Assembly: GCA_036172245.1 (NCBI GenBank)
Contig: JAYWIR010000027.1
Span: 2,108,001-2,172,000, forward strand
Source of the DNA: Raillietiella orientalis
Lineage: Eukaryota
Length of the DNA: 64,000 bases
Reading direction: 5' to 3'
In this document: positions 51,983-64,000 of the stretch, one piece after another
Layout of the letters: each line of letters starts with the position of its first letter
Numbering within the stretch: the stretch's first letter is position 1
Position numbers and translations under genes: made by a program
The notes under the pieces: model-generated
What the model saw: the letters and a program-made list of their open reading frames with translations, nothing else
Database searches by the model: none
Told to the model about the DNA's origin: nothing

Positions 51983-54900
51983 TTAAACGTGGAGAAAACT
52001 CTCGATGCTTGTGCTGGGACTTTTTTTGTAAGAATAATACCGATGCGCCGATGCACCAGCATTAGACAAACAGCAGCAATCTTTGCTTCGAGTTCGTGGT
52101 GTCCTTGAGAGAGGTTCGGAGGCAACTGAGACCCTTTCCGATTCATCCGAGTAGTCTACGCTACCTCCGTGGGACACGAAACCCGAACTCTGGCTAGAGG
52201 AACGCGATAAAGGGAACAGCCCGGTCTCACACATGTTGGAGACCGGCGTGGTCCAGCACCTGTCTTGCATGGGAGCCGGAAATGCAGTCAGCTTTAACTG
52301 GGGAGGGCGCAGTACAGATATCTGCCTGTCCCAGTCGGGGCACGAATTCACACTGAGAACTGACTTGGGATAACTAGAGTGCAAAGTACGCGGAGATCCG
52401 ATTTTCAGGATATCGAATGCCAGGTTCAAGTCTTTGAGTTCGTCTCCGGAATAGCACTTGTGGTCATGCAAGGATTCGGTAGCGCTGCTTGCATCTGTTG
52501 CGGAGCAGGAAGATGAGCTCGAACTGTGTCTGGGAAAAAAGGCAATCTTTTTCTCTGCTTTTGCAGGCGTTTTCGTACCTTGACAAATCCAGCACGACTT
52601 CCACCTGTCGGTTACCGCGTGCGGTCCTGCAAAGTCCTAGGCATGCTATGCTGCTGCTTAGGCACAGAATGGAAATAATGGCTTCGTGCAAATGCATGTT
52701 TTTGTGCGGCAGGTATATGACGTACGAATGCAACAAAAGGCTGCCTACCCACAGAAACACCGTTATGGCATCAGGCAAAACAGCCTTCTCTTTTCCCATT
52801 AGCAAAATTATGGACGAGTGCAGCACGGTGCAAAAAAGCACCAGGTGAACGGTTTGCTTTTCCAGAATTGGAAGCATCAGGAGGAATTTCTGATTCAAGT
52901 AGAAATCGACCTGCATGTAGGTAAGCACGGGAAAGTCCAAGTAGTGCATATGCAGGAGGCAAATGATGAAAGCTACGAAAACCAACACTTGGCGCAATAT
53001 GTTCAGAGTAAGCAACGTTCCCAGCGATTGCTTTTCCGTAAGAGTCACCTATCGAGGAGAAACAAAAGTTACTCGATCCTCTCTCTCTCCGGGAACTTCC
53101 ATCCCGCTTACTGTGGCGCGTTGCTCAGGAGCGCTGCCCACCGAAATCGAATCAACGTCATTTACCCACGCGTGATGCTTATGCTGCAACAGGTGGTCCT
53201 GCTTCTTCAGGTGATCAGCGACCATCTTGTCGCAGTTTCTGCACAGCTTGTACACATGTTCCAATTTCTGTCTGGGTGAAGAATATCAGCAAAATATCAT
53301 CAATTCGTGTTTGGAGTACTAAAAAAAGACTAAGAGCATGCGAATCTTCCCGAAAGAATGAAAGATCGGCTGATCCAAACAAATAGCAAGCAGATCAAAC
53401 GAGGAGCAAGCTGCGCACCCTCGCTCGCAAGCAGGGGAAAGCCCCGTTGAATCCCGACGAAAGCCTCAGAGCGGAACGAGCCCAGTGCGACCGCAAAAGG
53501 ATGGTGCAAGGAACGGCAACTCCTTGCACGGGCACGCAACGTGCCGCTCTCACTTCTTTCCTACGGTCCCCCTTGGCGTCGTTCACCGTGTGCACGGAAG
53601 CCGGTACTTTCTAGTGTCTTGTCCCGTTTCACCCCGTTGCACACGTGAAGAGAGAGAGAGAAATGATCTCCGCTGCCGGACCGCACCAGAGAAGAACCAC
53701 GAGCGGTAACACCATTTGGGCACGCCCAGGAGTACTCTCCTGTTAGATCCGCAGGAGAATGTGGGCGCAACACGGGAAGAGCCGTTTGACTCGCCACCAT
53801 GGCACAGTAAGAGGGGACGCAGCTTCGCAAATGGACCGACGTCACAGAGAAGTTCGTGGGTGAAGATTGTCAGAACGGAAGCAAGCAGAAAACGCGCAGG
53901 GATGAACGTACGCGGCTGCGAAATCGCAAAGAGAAATTGGCGAGGAAAGCGATACTGCTCGTTGGTGTCCATTCGGTTGGACTCGAGGACGGATGAGGGT
54001 GAAGACGCATTGCTCGCGAAGCCTTCTGAACGGTGGGGCGAACAAACCTCAAATCGCCTTGCGTTGCATCACTGAAGAACTTAACGTAACAGTTTTACGT
54101 AAAACAGTCGCGCTCGGATAGAGAGGTTTGTAAATTCGGAGAACGAGGGGCTCCTCGTTCTGAGGAATAGGACCTCGACGATCACGTTTCCACAGAAGCG
54201 CAGAGCAAGAGGAAGTGCAAGATCAGAAATGGGAACGTCTCGCATTTGCGTTCTGCTCATTCTGCTCTTATTCCCCCTTTCCCTCTCCTTTCATGCTAGG
54301 AAAACTTACCTAAACTGGTGAACTTCCGTATCAAAATTGTCCTCGCATATTGGCACAAAATCGGCGAGCTGCTTGATCTTCAGATACTGATTGTAACTAC
54401 AACTCTTGCAAAAATTTTCCTTTTCATGATCATAAGGACGTTTCGTCGATGTCATCCAGGTGACGCCATTGCACGTTTCAGTGTACTGTTCTGGAATAGG
54501 TTGATTGTAGTCTCCATCCTAGCAGGGAATCATCAGGTTAAAAACGTGAAGGATGACATCAGCAAGGCACAGAAAACATTGTGCTTGTTTTTAGTTTTTC
54601 GAAACGACGACAAGCAGTTGCTTTCCTTTCTGATTCCGAGAGGCTGGGTAAGATTTACGCATTCAACAAGTAAGTTGGGCTTCCCGTAAGCATGACGAGG
54701 AATGCGGCTAGCCGGTCGAGCCACTGCCATGCTCTTGCGTGTTTTGGAAGGATGAGCCAAATAGAAGCAAAGGATGGGCCGCAAACACGCGAAAGTAGCG
54801 TCTTGCGATTCCTGAGAGGCTGTGCTCACGCAATGTTCCGACACAGGATCACGGCTCGCTCATCCTCACCGAGTATTCGTCATGACGCAAGAGATGTTCA

Positions 54901-57900
54901 TCATCGGTATACCACGGAACATGAAGATCTAGGCTCACCTTCGAGGTGCCGAACAAGCGAGTTGCACGGCCTTCTCCGGTGAAAGGTTTAGGACGTACCG
55001 ATCGCAACCAAACAACTCCCTGAACGAAACTCTTAGATTTGGGAAGAGTCGATATCGCTTTCCTTCTAAAGGCATCCGGGAAACCGAACCGAAGAGAGCA
55101 GCGTGCGAGTATAGATGCGTGCGTGTGGGTGTTGTGATCCGAGTCCGCTTCGCAGGAGGCAGCACGAAAAAACTTCCTCTTCGCAGGAAACAGGCATAGG
55201 CAGGTGTCGAAAATCCAGACCGTGCGACTGTTGCCCATTAACGCTGATATTCCGTAAATACCAGAGCACTGACAACAACAGCGAAAAGTCTTTCAGAAAC
55301 GTCCTGAAGAGAACGAGACACGGTGAGGACGGGATCTGCTGGAATTGCTGCCAATCAAACTTCAGGAGCACGATCTGATTGCTTCGGTGCTAAAGAATCT
55401 GAGATTCCAGCAAATTCTTGGTACCTTGGTACATTACAAATAATATCTCCGCCGAAAAATACTCAAAGGGCGAATTTCACACTTTCAATGCCTTTTCTTC
55501 AACAAACGAGTTCCGAATCAGCTGCCAAATGTGACGGCTACACGGATGGGCTTCAGGAAATGAGTGGCCAAGGAGACGAGATCGATAGTGTGCTATGAGC
55601 CAGGATCTAATCAAGTAAGACATCGGACGAGGATAGAAAATCGTAGCTCTGGGTGCATACGGAAAAACGCGCCTAACCTACTTTGAGGACCAGCACCCGA
55701 AATCGCTGCAAAGCGACTGCCTTGCCACCGGTTCGTACTCGAAAGCAGGATTTCCAATTCACATGATTTTGCGTGGCGCAACTCGGGTCTTTCGAGCAGA
55801 TTCTCTCTCTTCCCATCCTTGAGTAATCTATCAGCATTCTTTTCAAACGAGCAAGCATGTTTCCCACCTTGGACAATGTGGAACTGGGGCTGAATTCTAT
55901 CGATTGCAGTAACATTTATTGCACGTACATGGAGTTACGGAGGTGCAGAAAACGCAGTCCTCCCGCAACAAACATTTGCAATCTTTCGCAGGGGTGACTA
56001 CCGCAGTTCAAGCAAACGTATAGTCACTTCTTCTAACGTTCATGCCCAACAGGTTATACTTCCCGTGAACCATTACAAAGCATGTTCCTGAAAACCAATT
56101 TCCCACTACGCTTGCACCCGGCTAGTCTGGCTACGGTCTTCCGATATATCACCAAGCCAGCTCTTGAGACACTGCAACCTAATTCTGTTTATAAGTCATC
56201 GATCCAATGATCTCTTGCCTCGCATACATTCGTGCTGTTTATGAGGTCTCTGCGAGTTCCTTCAATGCCGAAATTACGTAGTGGACGTTTGCTTCATCCT
56301 CTAACAAGACGCGTTCAATATGTGTGAGCTCTCCGTTGTTTGCTGCATGAAATTCGAAACGATCTTCTGCTCCAGCAGGCATTTTGGAGATCCGAATCGG
56401 TGAACCGTTTCCGTGAACAAATCTCCCAAGATTCCTCCCCTTCTTCAGCGACGGCATGTGTTCAAGCGTAGCTAAAAACTTTTCGTTTCCACAGCATTCG
56501 GACTTTCTTTATTCCTTGGAACCGTGCTGGAGGATTTTTTCTAATTCAACGTTTCTTACTCCTGTTGACATTCCGATTTCCACGTTTAGTTTTCCATTGA
56601 TGCTTTCGTAATTTATATCCTTCAGCAGACATTTTTTTTTCTTTGGACGCAAATGAATACTGGAGCCAGCATTTGTCTTCCGGAAGTACTTTCTTTTCTC
56701 ATGTCTTCACGTAATCTTACGGAAAGCAATCTGTCACACATCGGCTATACTGCTTATCATTTACGAAATAACAGCCAATGAAAGAGAAATGAAGGCAGAA
56801 TGAGCAATGAAAGAGAATGGGGAGAAGTTGCACCTTACTCGTGATGTTTCCACTCTGAATGGGGCAAAGGAAACTCGAGGAGCTACTCCCTCCGTGTTAT
56901 TGAATTTATGATGTAGGAGATTCTATGAAGGAAAACTTTGCTTTTCAGCTACAATTCATGTTTCTCAAGAATCTTGGGTAAGTAACCAAGTTACGTTGAG
57001 TAGCTGGCTGATTTGTTATATGCGGACTGAGTATTAGGGTAATCCCAAGGAAGAAACGTGAGTAGCCATGGAACATGAAGGAAACGATGCATGTTTACTG
57101 TTTTCCAACATTGACAACAAGTGTTTTTTGCTTACTAAAAATTGCAAAGAAGTTTAGCATGGGCAGCCGGCAAGAGCAAGGCAAGGCACATAAGACGAAA
57201 CAACAAGACAGAAGATAGCGCCACTATTTCCAGAAGAAAAACAAGAGGATTAAGCCCTCGTTTGAAAGTCACAGATTGCAAAGAGAAAAACAAAATGAAG
57301 TTGTTGAATAGAGCTGCACACGTAACTGCAGAACGATTTGAACGATAGTGGTTATCAAGAAAAAAATGGAACACGAGAGTGTTTGAGAAGAATCTTTTCA
57401 TCGCGTGCACGAACGTAACCTGGTGTGGAATCATTTGTACAGGGATCAATTTATTTGGCACTTTCCCCTGTGCTAGGTAAACTTGAGAGTTGATAAATTA
57501 TTTCGCATGATTTGTTGTATAGTAACTGATTAATTATACAATAAACTTGAGAAATACACTTTATTAAATATAATAATGCATTGTAGGTGAGTTACCCTGT
57601 TTCGCGTAGAACGAAATCTGTTTGAAACTTGCAATTGACATGCTCCTGGAAATCGTGATCTATGACTTAATATGTTAGTTGATGAAAAGAGCTATGATGG
57701 AATAAGTGACAATAAAGAAACAAAAAACAGCAAGAGATGCCTGGAGAACGATATCGACAAAGCTGTTTTAATGTCAGAGAAGAATGGGATGCAGACTTCG
57801 AATCTTCAACTCACTTTCTTTGGCATACCGCTTCGATGTAGTCATGAATTTACATGACTACCCATTTAATCAGCTTGATGAAACTGTTTATTGGTACACA

Positions 57901-60387
57901 GTTGTGGAATAGGTGAATTAAATGTGCATTAAATGTATTAGGTGAAAGTAACCCTATACCGTAATGTAACAAAAGATTCTGCAAACATATCCAAATGAGA
58001 AACACGGGCAAAATTAAAGAGAGACGAATGAAACCATTCAACACTTTTGATTCCGCTTTCCGTTTTAATACATATAAATACAATTATTGATATTCGCATA
58101 TTTCTAAAATTAGCTGATAGATACATTTTATTATTCACATGCTCAGTATACATAAGTGAAAAAGGGCAAATTCGTATATAAAATTCATAAAACCACCAAG
58201 TTAAAAACATTATTTGAAGCACTTAAAAAAACAAACCTTGGAGAATCCATTATATTGATTGCAATCTGGACAATGGAAACAATTTTTGTTTTTGTACAAA
58301 ACTGTGCAGTTCTGATTGCAGAACCAACAATTCACTTTGCACTTCCAATTTTTCCTGAAATTACAAAAAATTAAAAGTAGGAATACTAACTTAATGTTAC
58401 AGTTATACATTCAATAATCATGTTGAAAATACTATTTTTGCCAGAAAACTTATTGATGCATTTTGAGGGAACAAACAATTGCATTCCCCAAACACCACAA
58501 TAGTGTCTTCATAAATCGAATATACACCTAGGGTTATAACATATACTTCACAGAGATACCTTACATTTTATTAAATTATGATAATTTCAATAAGAATAAC
58601 ATGTTTGTAATAATATCCATGAACCACATTGGTTCCCATGAAAGCAAAAAATCAAAACCTTGAAAGTTAAATGCTCATTATTAACAATACAACTGTTTGG
58701 TTTGTCAAAGAACTTACGAATTTTTATAAGCTTAAATGTATTGTTAAAATGCATTTGCAAAGTGGTCAATGTATTCACAAAAACAATTTGAACTAATACA
58801 TACATGCAGCATATTCCAGTCAAATCAAGAATACATCAAGATGAAAAATAGAAAATAAAGGAAGTATTAGCCTGGGAATAAAAGCATATAACAGATTTTC
58901 ATGGGAATTCATCCTGATAAATCAGATTTTGAGAACTACTTCTGGGAAAACTGATTTTCTTGCAGAAACCCAGCTCACACAACAGAGGATGAAGGTAATG
59001 CAAGCAATAAAAATCTTTTCCAAAATAACTGAATGTTAAATGCTGCTTTGAATGTTAAATGCAAAATTAATAAGAGGCAACTGAAAAAAAAAATCTCTTG
59101 GTTAAAGGACACAAACCCTCATAATCTCTAATAATTTTAGTCTTGAGTCAGACATTATTAATACACCACAAAATATAAGTTGATGAAATTAACAGATGTA
59201 AACAAAGATATTTGTGAGCATTATCAACATTAAAAACATCATTCAAGAAAATCTGATGAAAGATATGAAAAGTTTCCATTACAGCTGCATGGTTCAAACA
59301 TTGGCTGATTTTTAGTCTTTGGAGAATGAAGTGAAAATTGTTTCTACATTAAAGTTGTTTTTTAGCTGAATTTACATGGCATGAAAGACCAGGATTTTTA
59401 AAAACATAAAATGCTATTGTCTCACCCCCCCACACAAAATCACTGCTGTTTTTAATCTTCAAACATTTTAAAGCTTTAACAATCACTCAAATCAAGAATA
59501 AAGAAATGCAAACAGCACACTCATAAAAGAAAAACATCCATGTATTGTGAATAGAAAGAATATAAAATCTATAAAATTAAGACAAAAACAACTTAGGTTT
59601 TTTAAGAATGGAAAACTGTATTCATGCATGTGAAAACACGTAAAAAAGCAAATGATAGTGAAAATCATAAATACTTCTACGTGCCATAAATTTAGTGAAA
59701 ACACTCCATTAAACCCATAAACTTATGGCACAGCATTATGTCAATAGTGCAAAGAATCCTAGGTGAACCCTATTACAGAACCACATCAGTTTATAAAGAT
59801 TGCTGCTGGCTATCTTAAAAGCAAATCATCACCCTCGCTTTTCTTCTTATATTCGTCACCCAAATTATCAGCACACAACTCGAAACATGCGGAACATTTT
59901 ACTAAAAAGAGCAAACATCACTCTTGCAATAACACAAAGAAACAACAAATAAATCCCCTATACATAAAAGCTACTAAATCAGAACAAAATCAGAAATATT
60001 GATACCTAGAGTATGCAATCACACTTCAAACAGTATTATAATATGAACGGCACATACGACTATTACCCCTTCATACATCACTCAAATCAGAGTAAGAATG
60101 AGGCATAGATATCAACTGAATCACAAAAAACTGATAACAACTACTTCGAAAACAATTTCGGTGTATGGAACACATGAAATATGACTATAACCACCTCATA
60201 TATAAAACATGACCCCATAAAATGCTTAGGTCCTTTGTTTCGACGATTTTCTCGTTCAATAATCACAATCGTAGCAAATTGAAATACATTACCTGAAATA
60301 CCTAAGCAACCAGAAGAAACCCAATACGGAAGAAGTAACCAGTAGTCCACCATTTGCCAATATTGAATACATGGAATTATTATACAT
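51983..60387 (-). CDS. TMEM201: TMEM201 / Samp1 / Ima1 family inner nuclear membrane protein
   Basis: Exon 1 60387-60293 (hydrophobic N-terminus ...SVLGFFWLLRYF). Exon 2 58354-58237 (KVNCWFCNQ...CPDCNQYNGFSK). Exon 3 54518-54310 (DGDYNQPIPEQY...CKSCSYNQYLKIKQLADFVP...FDTEV). Exon 4 from 53271 (LEHVYKLCRNC). Then a multi-TM exon ~53048-52520 and a Ser-rich tail to 51983. Phases 2/0/2 all match, giving the four CxxC of the Ima1_N domain. The ATG could be 60387 or 60372. Confidence 0.88.
54062..57644. repeat. left arm of long inverted duplication (probably extends further left)
   Basis: Reverse complement of 60416-64000. Mirrored ORFs in the track sum to 118062 (118060 near the centre). Confidence 0.97.
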
Positions 60388-60415
60388 ACATTTTCTTATT
60401 CTTCAACATTCAAAC

Positions 60416-63400
60416 AGCATGTCAATTGCAAGTTTCAAACAGATTTCGTTCTACGCGAAACAGGGTAACTCACCTACAATGCATTATTATATTTAATAAA
60501 GTGTATTTCTCAAGTTTATTGTATAATTAATCAGTTACTATACAACAAATCATGCGAAATAATTTATCAACTCTCAAGTTTACCTAGCACAGGGGAAAGT
60601 GCCAAATAAATTGATCCCTGTACAAATGATTCCACACCAGGTTACGTTCGTGCACGCGATGAAAAGATTCTTCTCAAACACTCTCGTGTTCCATTTTTTT
60701 CTTGATAACCACTATCGTTCAAATCGTTCTGCAGTTACGTGTGCAGCTCTATTCAACAACTTCATTTTGTTTTTCTCTTTGCAATCTGTGACTTTCAAAC
60801 GAGGGCTTAATCCTCTTGTTTTTCTTCTGGAAATAGTGGCGCTATCTTCTGTCTTGTTGTTTCGTCTTATGTGCCTTGCCTTGCTCTTGCCAAAGCTTAC
60901 ATGCTAAACTTCTTTGCAATTTTTTAGTAAGCAAAAAACACTTGTTGTCAATGTTGGAAAACAGTAAACATGCATCGTTTCCTTCATGTTCCATGGCTAC
61001 TCACGTTTCTTCCTTGGGATTACCCTAATACTCAGTCCGCATATAACAAATCAGCCAGCTACTCAACGTAACTTGGTTACTTACCCAAGATTCTTGAGAA
61101 ACATGAATTGTAGCTGAAAAGCAAAGTTTTCCTTCATAGAATCTCCTACATCATAAATTCAATAACACGGAGGGAGTAGCTCCTCGAGTTTCCTTTGCCC
61201 CATTCAGAGTGGAAACATCACGAGTAAGGTGCAACTTCTCCCCATTCTCTTTCATTGCTCATTCTGCCTTCATTTCTCTTTCATTGGCTGTTATTTCGTA
61301 AATGATAAGCAGTATAGCCGATGTGTGACAGATTGCTTTCCGTAAGATTACGTGAAGACATGAGAAAAGAAAGTACTTCCGGAAGACAAATGCTGGCTCC
61401 AGTATTCATTTGCGTCCAAAGAAAAAAAAATGTCTGCTGAAGGATATAAATTACGAAAGCATCAATGGAAAACTAAACGTGGAAATCGGAATGTCAACAG
61501 GAGTAAGAAACGTTGAATTAGAAAAAATCCTCCAGCACGGTTCCAAGGAATAAAGAAAGTCCGAATGCTGTGGAAACGAAAAGTTTTTAGCTACGCTTGA
61601 ACACATGCCGTCGCTGAAGAAGGGGAGGAATCTTGGGAGATTTGTTCACGGAAACGGTTCACCGATTCGGATCTCCAAAATGCCTGCTGGAGCAGAAGAT
61701 CGTTTCGAATTTCATGCAGCAAACAACGGAGAGCTCACACATATTGAACGCGTCTTGTTAGAGGATGAAGCAAACGTCCACTACGTAATTTCGGCATTGA
61801 AGGAACTCGCAGAGACCTCATAAACAGCACGAATGTATGCGAGGCAAGAGATCATTGGATCGATGACTTATAAACAGAATTAGGTTGCAGTGTCTCAAGA
61901 GCTGGCTTGGTGATATATCGGAAGACCGTAGCCAGACTAGCCGGGTGCAAGCGTAGTGGGAAATTGGTTTTCAGGAACATGCTTTGTAATGGTTCACGGG
62001 AAGTATAACCTGTTGGGCATGAACGTTAGAAGAAGTGACTATACGTTTGCTTGAACTGCGGTAGTCACCCCTGCGAAAGATTGCAAATGTTTGTTGCGGG
62101 AGGACTGCGTTTTCTGCACCTCCGTAACTCCATGTACGTGCAATAAATGTTACTGCAATCGATAGAATTCAGCCCCAGTTCCACATTGTCCAAGGTGGGA
62201 AACATGCTTGCTCGTTTGAAAAGAATGCTGATAGATTACTCAAGGATGGGAAGAGAGAGAATCTGCTCGAAAGACCCGAGTTGCGCCACGCAAAATCATG
62301 TGAATTGGAAATCCTGCTTTCGAGTACGAACCGGTGGCAAGGCAGTCGCTTTGCAGCGATTTCGGGTGCTGGTCCTCAAAGTAGGTTAGGCGCGTTTTTC
62401 CGTATGCACCCAGAGCTACGATTTTCTATCCTCGTCCGATGTCTTACTTGATTAGATCCTGGCTCATAGCACACTATCGATCTCGTCTCCTTGGCCACTC
62501 ATTTCCTGAAGCCCATCCGTGTAGCCGTCACATTTGGCAGCTGATTCGGAACTCGTTTGTTGAAGAAAAGGCATTGAAAGTGTGAAATTCGCCCTTTGAG
62601 TATTTTTCGGCGGAGATATTATTTGTAATGTACCAAGGTACCAAGAATTTGCTGGAATCTCAGATTCTTTAGCACCGAAGCAATCAGATCGTGCTCCTGA
62701 AGTTTGATTGGCAGCAATTCCAGCAGATCCCGTCCTCACCGTGTCTCGTTCTCTTCAGGACGTTTCTGAAAGACTTTTCGCTGTTGTTGTCAGTGCTCTG
62801 GTATTTACGGAATATCAGCGTTAATGGGCAACAGTCGCACGGTCTGGATTTTCGACACCTGCCTATGCCTGTTTCCTGCGAAGAGGAAGTTTTTTCGTGC
62901 TGCCTCCTGCGAAGCGGACTCGGATCACAACACCCACACGCACGCATCTATACTCGCACGCTGCTCTCTTCGGTTCGGTTTCCCGGATGCCTTTAGAAGG
63001 AAAGCGATATCGACTCTTCCCAAATCTAAGAGTTTCGTTCAGGGAGTTGTTTGGTTGCGATCGGTACGTCCTAAACCTTTCACCGGAGAAGGCCGTGCAA
63101 CTCGCTTGTTCGGCACCTCGAAGGTGAGCCTAGATCTTCATGTTCCGTGGTATACCGATGATGAACATCTCTTGCGTCATGACGAATACTCGGTGAGGAT
63201 GAGCGAGCCGTGATCCTGTGTCGGAACATTGCGTGAGCACAGCCTCTCAGGAATCGCAAGACGCTACTTTCGCGTGTTTGCGGCCCATCCTTTGCTTCTA
63301 TTTGGCTCATCCTTCCAAAACACGCAAGAGCATGGCAGTGGCTCGACCGGCTAGCCGCATTCCTCGTCATGCTTACGGGAAGCCCAACTTACTTGTTGAA

Positions 63401-64000
63401 TGCGTAAATCTTACCCAGCCTCTCGGAATCAGAAAGGAAAGCAACTGCTTGTCGTCGTTTCGAAAAACTAAAAACAAGCACAATGTTTTCTGTGCCTTGC
63501 TGATGTCATCCTTCACGTTTTTAACCTGATGATTCCCTGCTAGGATGGAGACTACAATCAACCTATTCCAGAACAGTACACTGAAACGTGCAATGGCGTC
63601 ACCTGGATGACATCGACGAAACGTCCTTATGATCATGAAAAGGAAAATTTTTGCAAGAGTTGTAGTTACAATCAGTATCTGAAGATCAAGCAGCTCGCCG
63701 ATTTTGTGCCAATATGCGAGGACAATTTTGATACGGAAGTTCACCAGTTTAGGTAAGTTTTCCTAGCATGAAAGGAGAGGGAAAGGGGGAATAAGAGCAG
63801 AATGAGCAGAACGCAAATGCGAGACGTTCCCATTTCTGATCTTGCACTTCCTCTTGCTCTGCGCTTCTGTGGAAACGTGATCGTCGAGGTCCTATTCCTC
63901 AGAACGAGGAGCCCCTCGTTCTCCGAATTTACAAACCTCTCTATCCGAGCGCGACTGTTTTACGTAAAACTGTTACGTTAAGTTCTTCAGTGATGCAACG
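60416..64000. repeat. right arm of long inverted duplication (truncated by window end)
   Basis: Reverse complement of 54062-57644. The only differences I found are a 7-vs-8-nt patch (57162-57168 vs ~60892-60899) and a 1-nt homopolymer indel. Confidence 0.97.
63544..63752 (+). pseudogene. TMEM201: duplicated TMEM201 exon 3 (partial gene copy lacking exons 1-2 in this orientation)
   Basis: ctag|GATGGAGACTAC...CAGTTTAG|gtaagt is identical to 54518-54310, with intact acceptor and donor. Confidence 0.8.

Noticed and set aside
60141..60353. ORF-track frame MVDYWLLLP... as TMEM201 exon 1
   Set aside because: Its donor phase (1) does not match exon 2 (phase 2). The frame from 60387/60372 does match.
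54062..64000. Interpretation of the arms as TIRs of a Maverick/foldback transposon or as LTRs (TG start at 60420)
   Set aside because: The arms contain a host TMEM201 exon and the spacer contains host exons. No transposase, integrase or polymerase was seen, and identity extends 4 bp beyond the TG.
1..64000. CRISPR arrays, tRNA, rRNA and prokaryotic operons
   Set aside because: No regularly spaced direct repeats, cloverleafs or rRNA motifs were seen. The genes are spliceosomal and eukaryotic.

Overview
Eukaryotic, gene-dense invertebrate (arthropod-like) genomic DNA with very short (~41-50 nt) GT-AG introns. The species cannot be determined from the sequence. Spliced genes reconstructed by hand: FBXW9 (+), RANBP3 (-), NSUN5 (+) with a complete VMA21-like ORF nested on the same strand in its second intron, yurt/EPB41L5 (-), RSBN1 (-), SET (+), PIGA (+) and TMEM201/Samp1 (-). 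GC-rich intergenic blocks (~15.4-21.4 kb, ~31.4-33.5 kb) look like heavily decayed CR1/L2-type LINE fragments. The most striking structure is a near-perfect inverted duplication of at least 3.58 kb (54062-57644 vs 60416-64000, running off the window). Its 2.77 kb spacer holds TMEM201 coding exons 1-2, and each arm holds an intact copy of exon 3. This is either a flippable, palindrome-embedded gene or an amplification/assembly chimera. The second notable feature is the NSUN5/VMA21 locus, whose splice-site geometry suggests two unrelated proteins made by mutually exclusive splicing from one promoter. All family assignments come from motif recognition by eye, not database searches.
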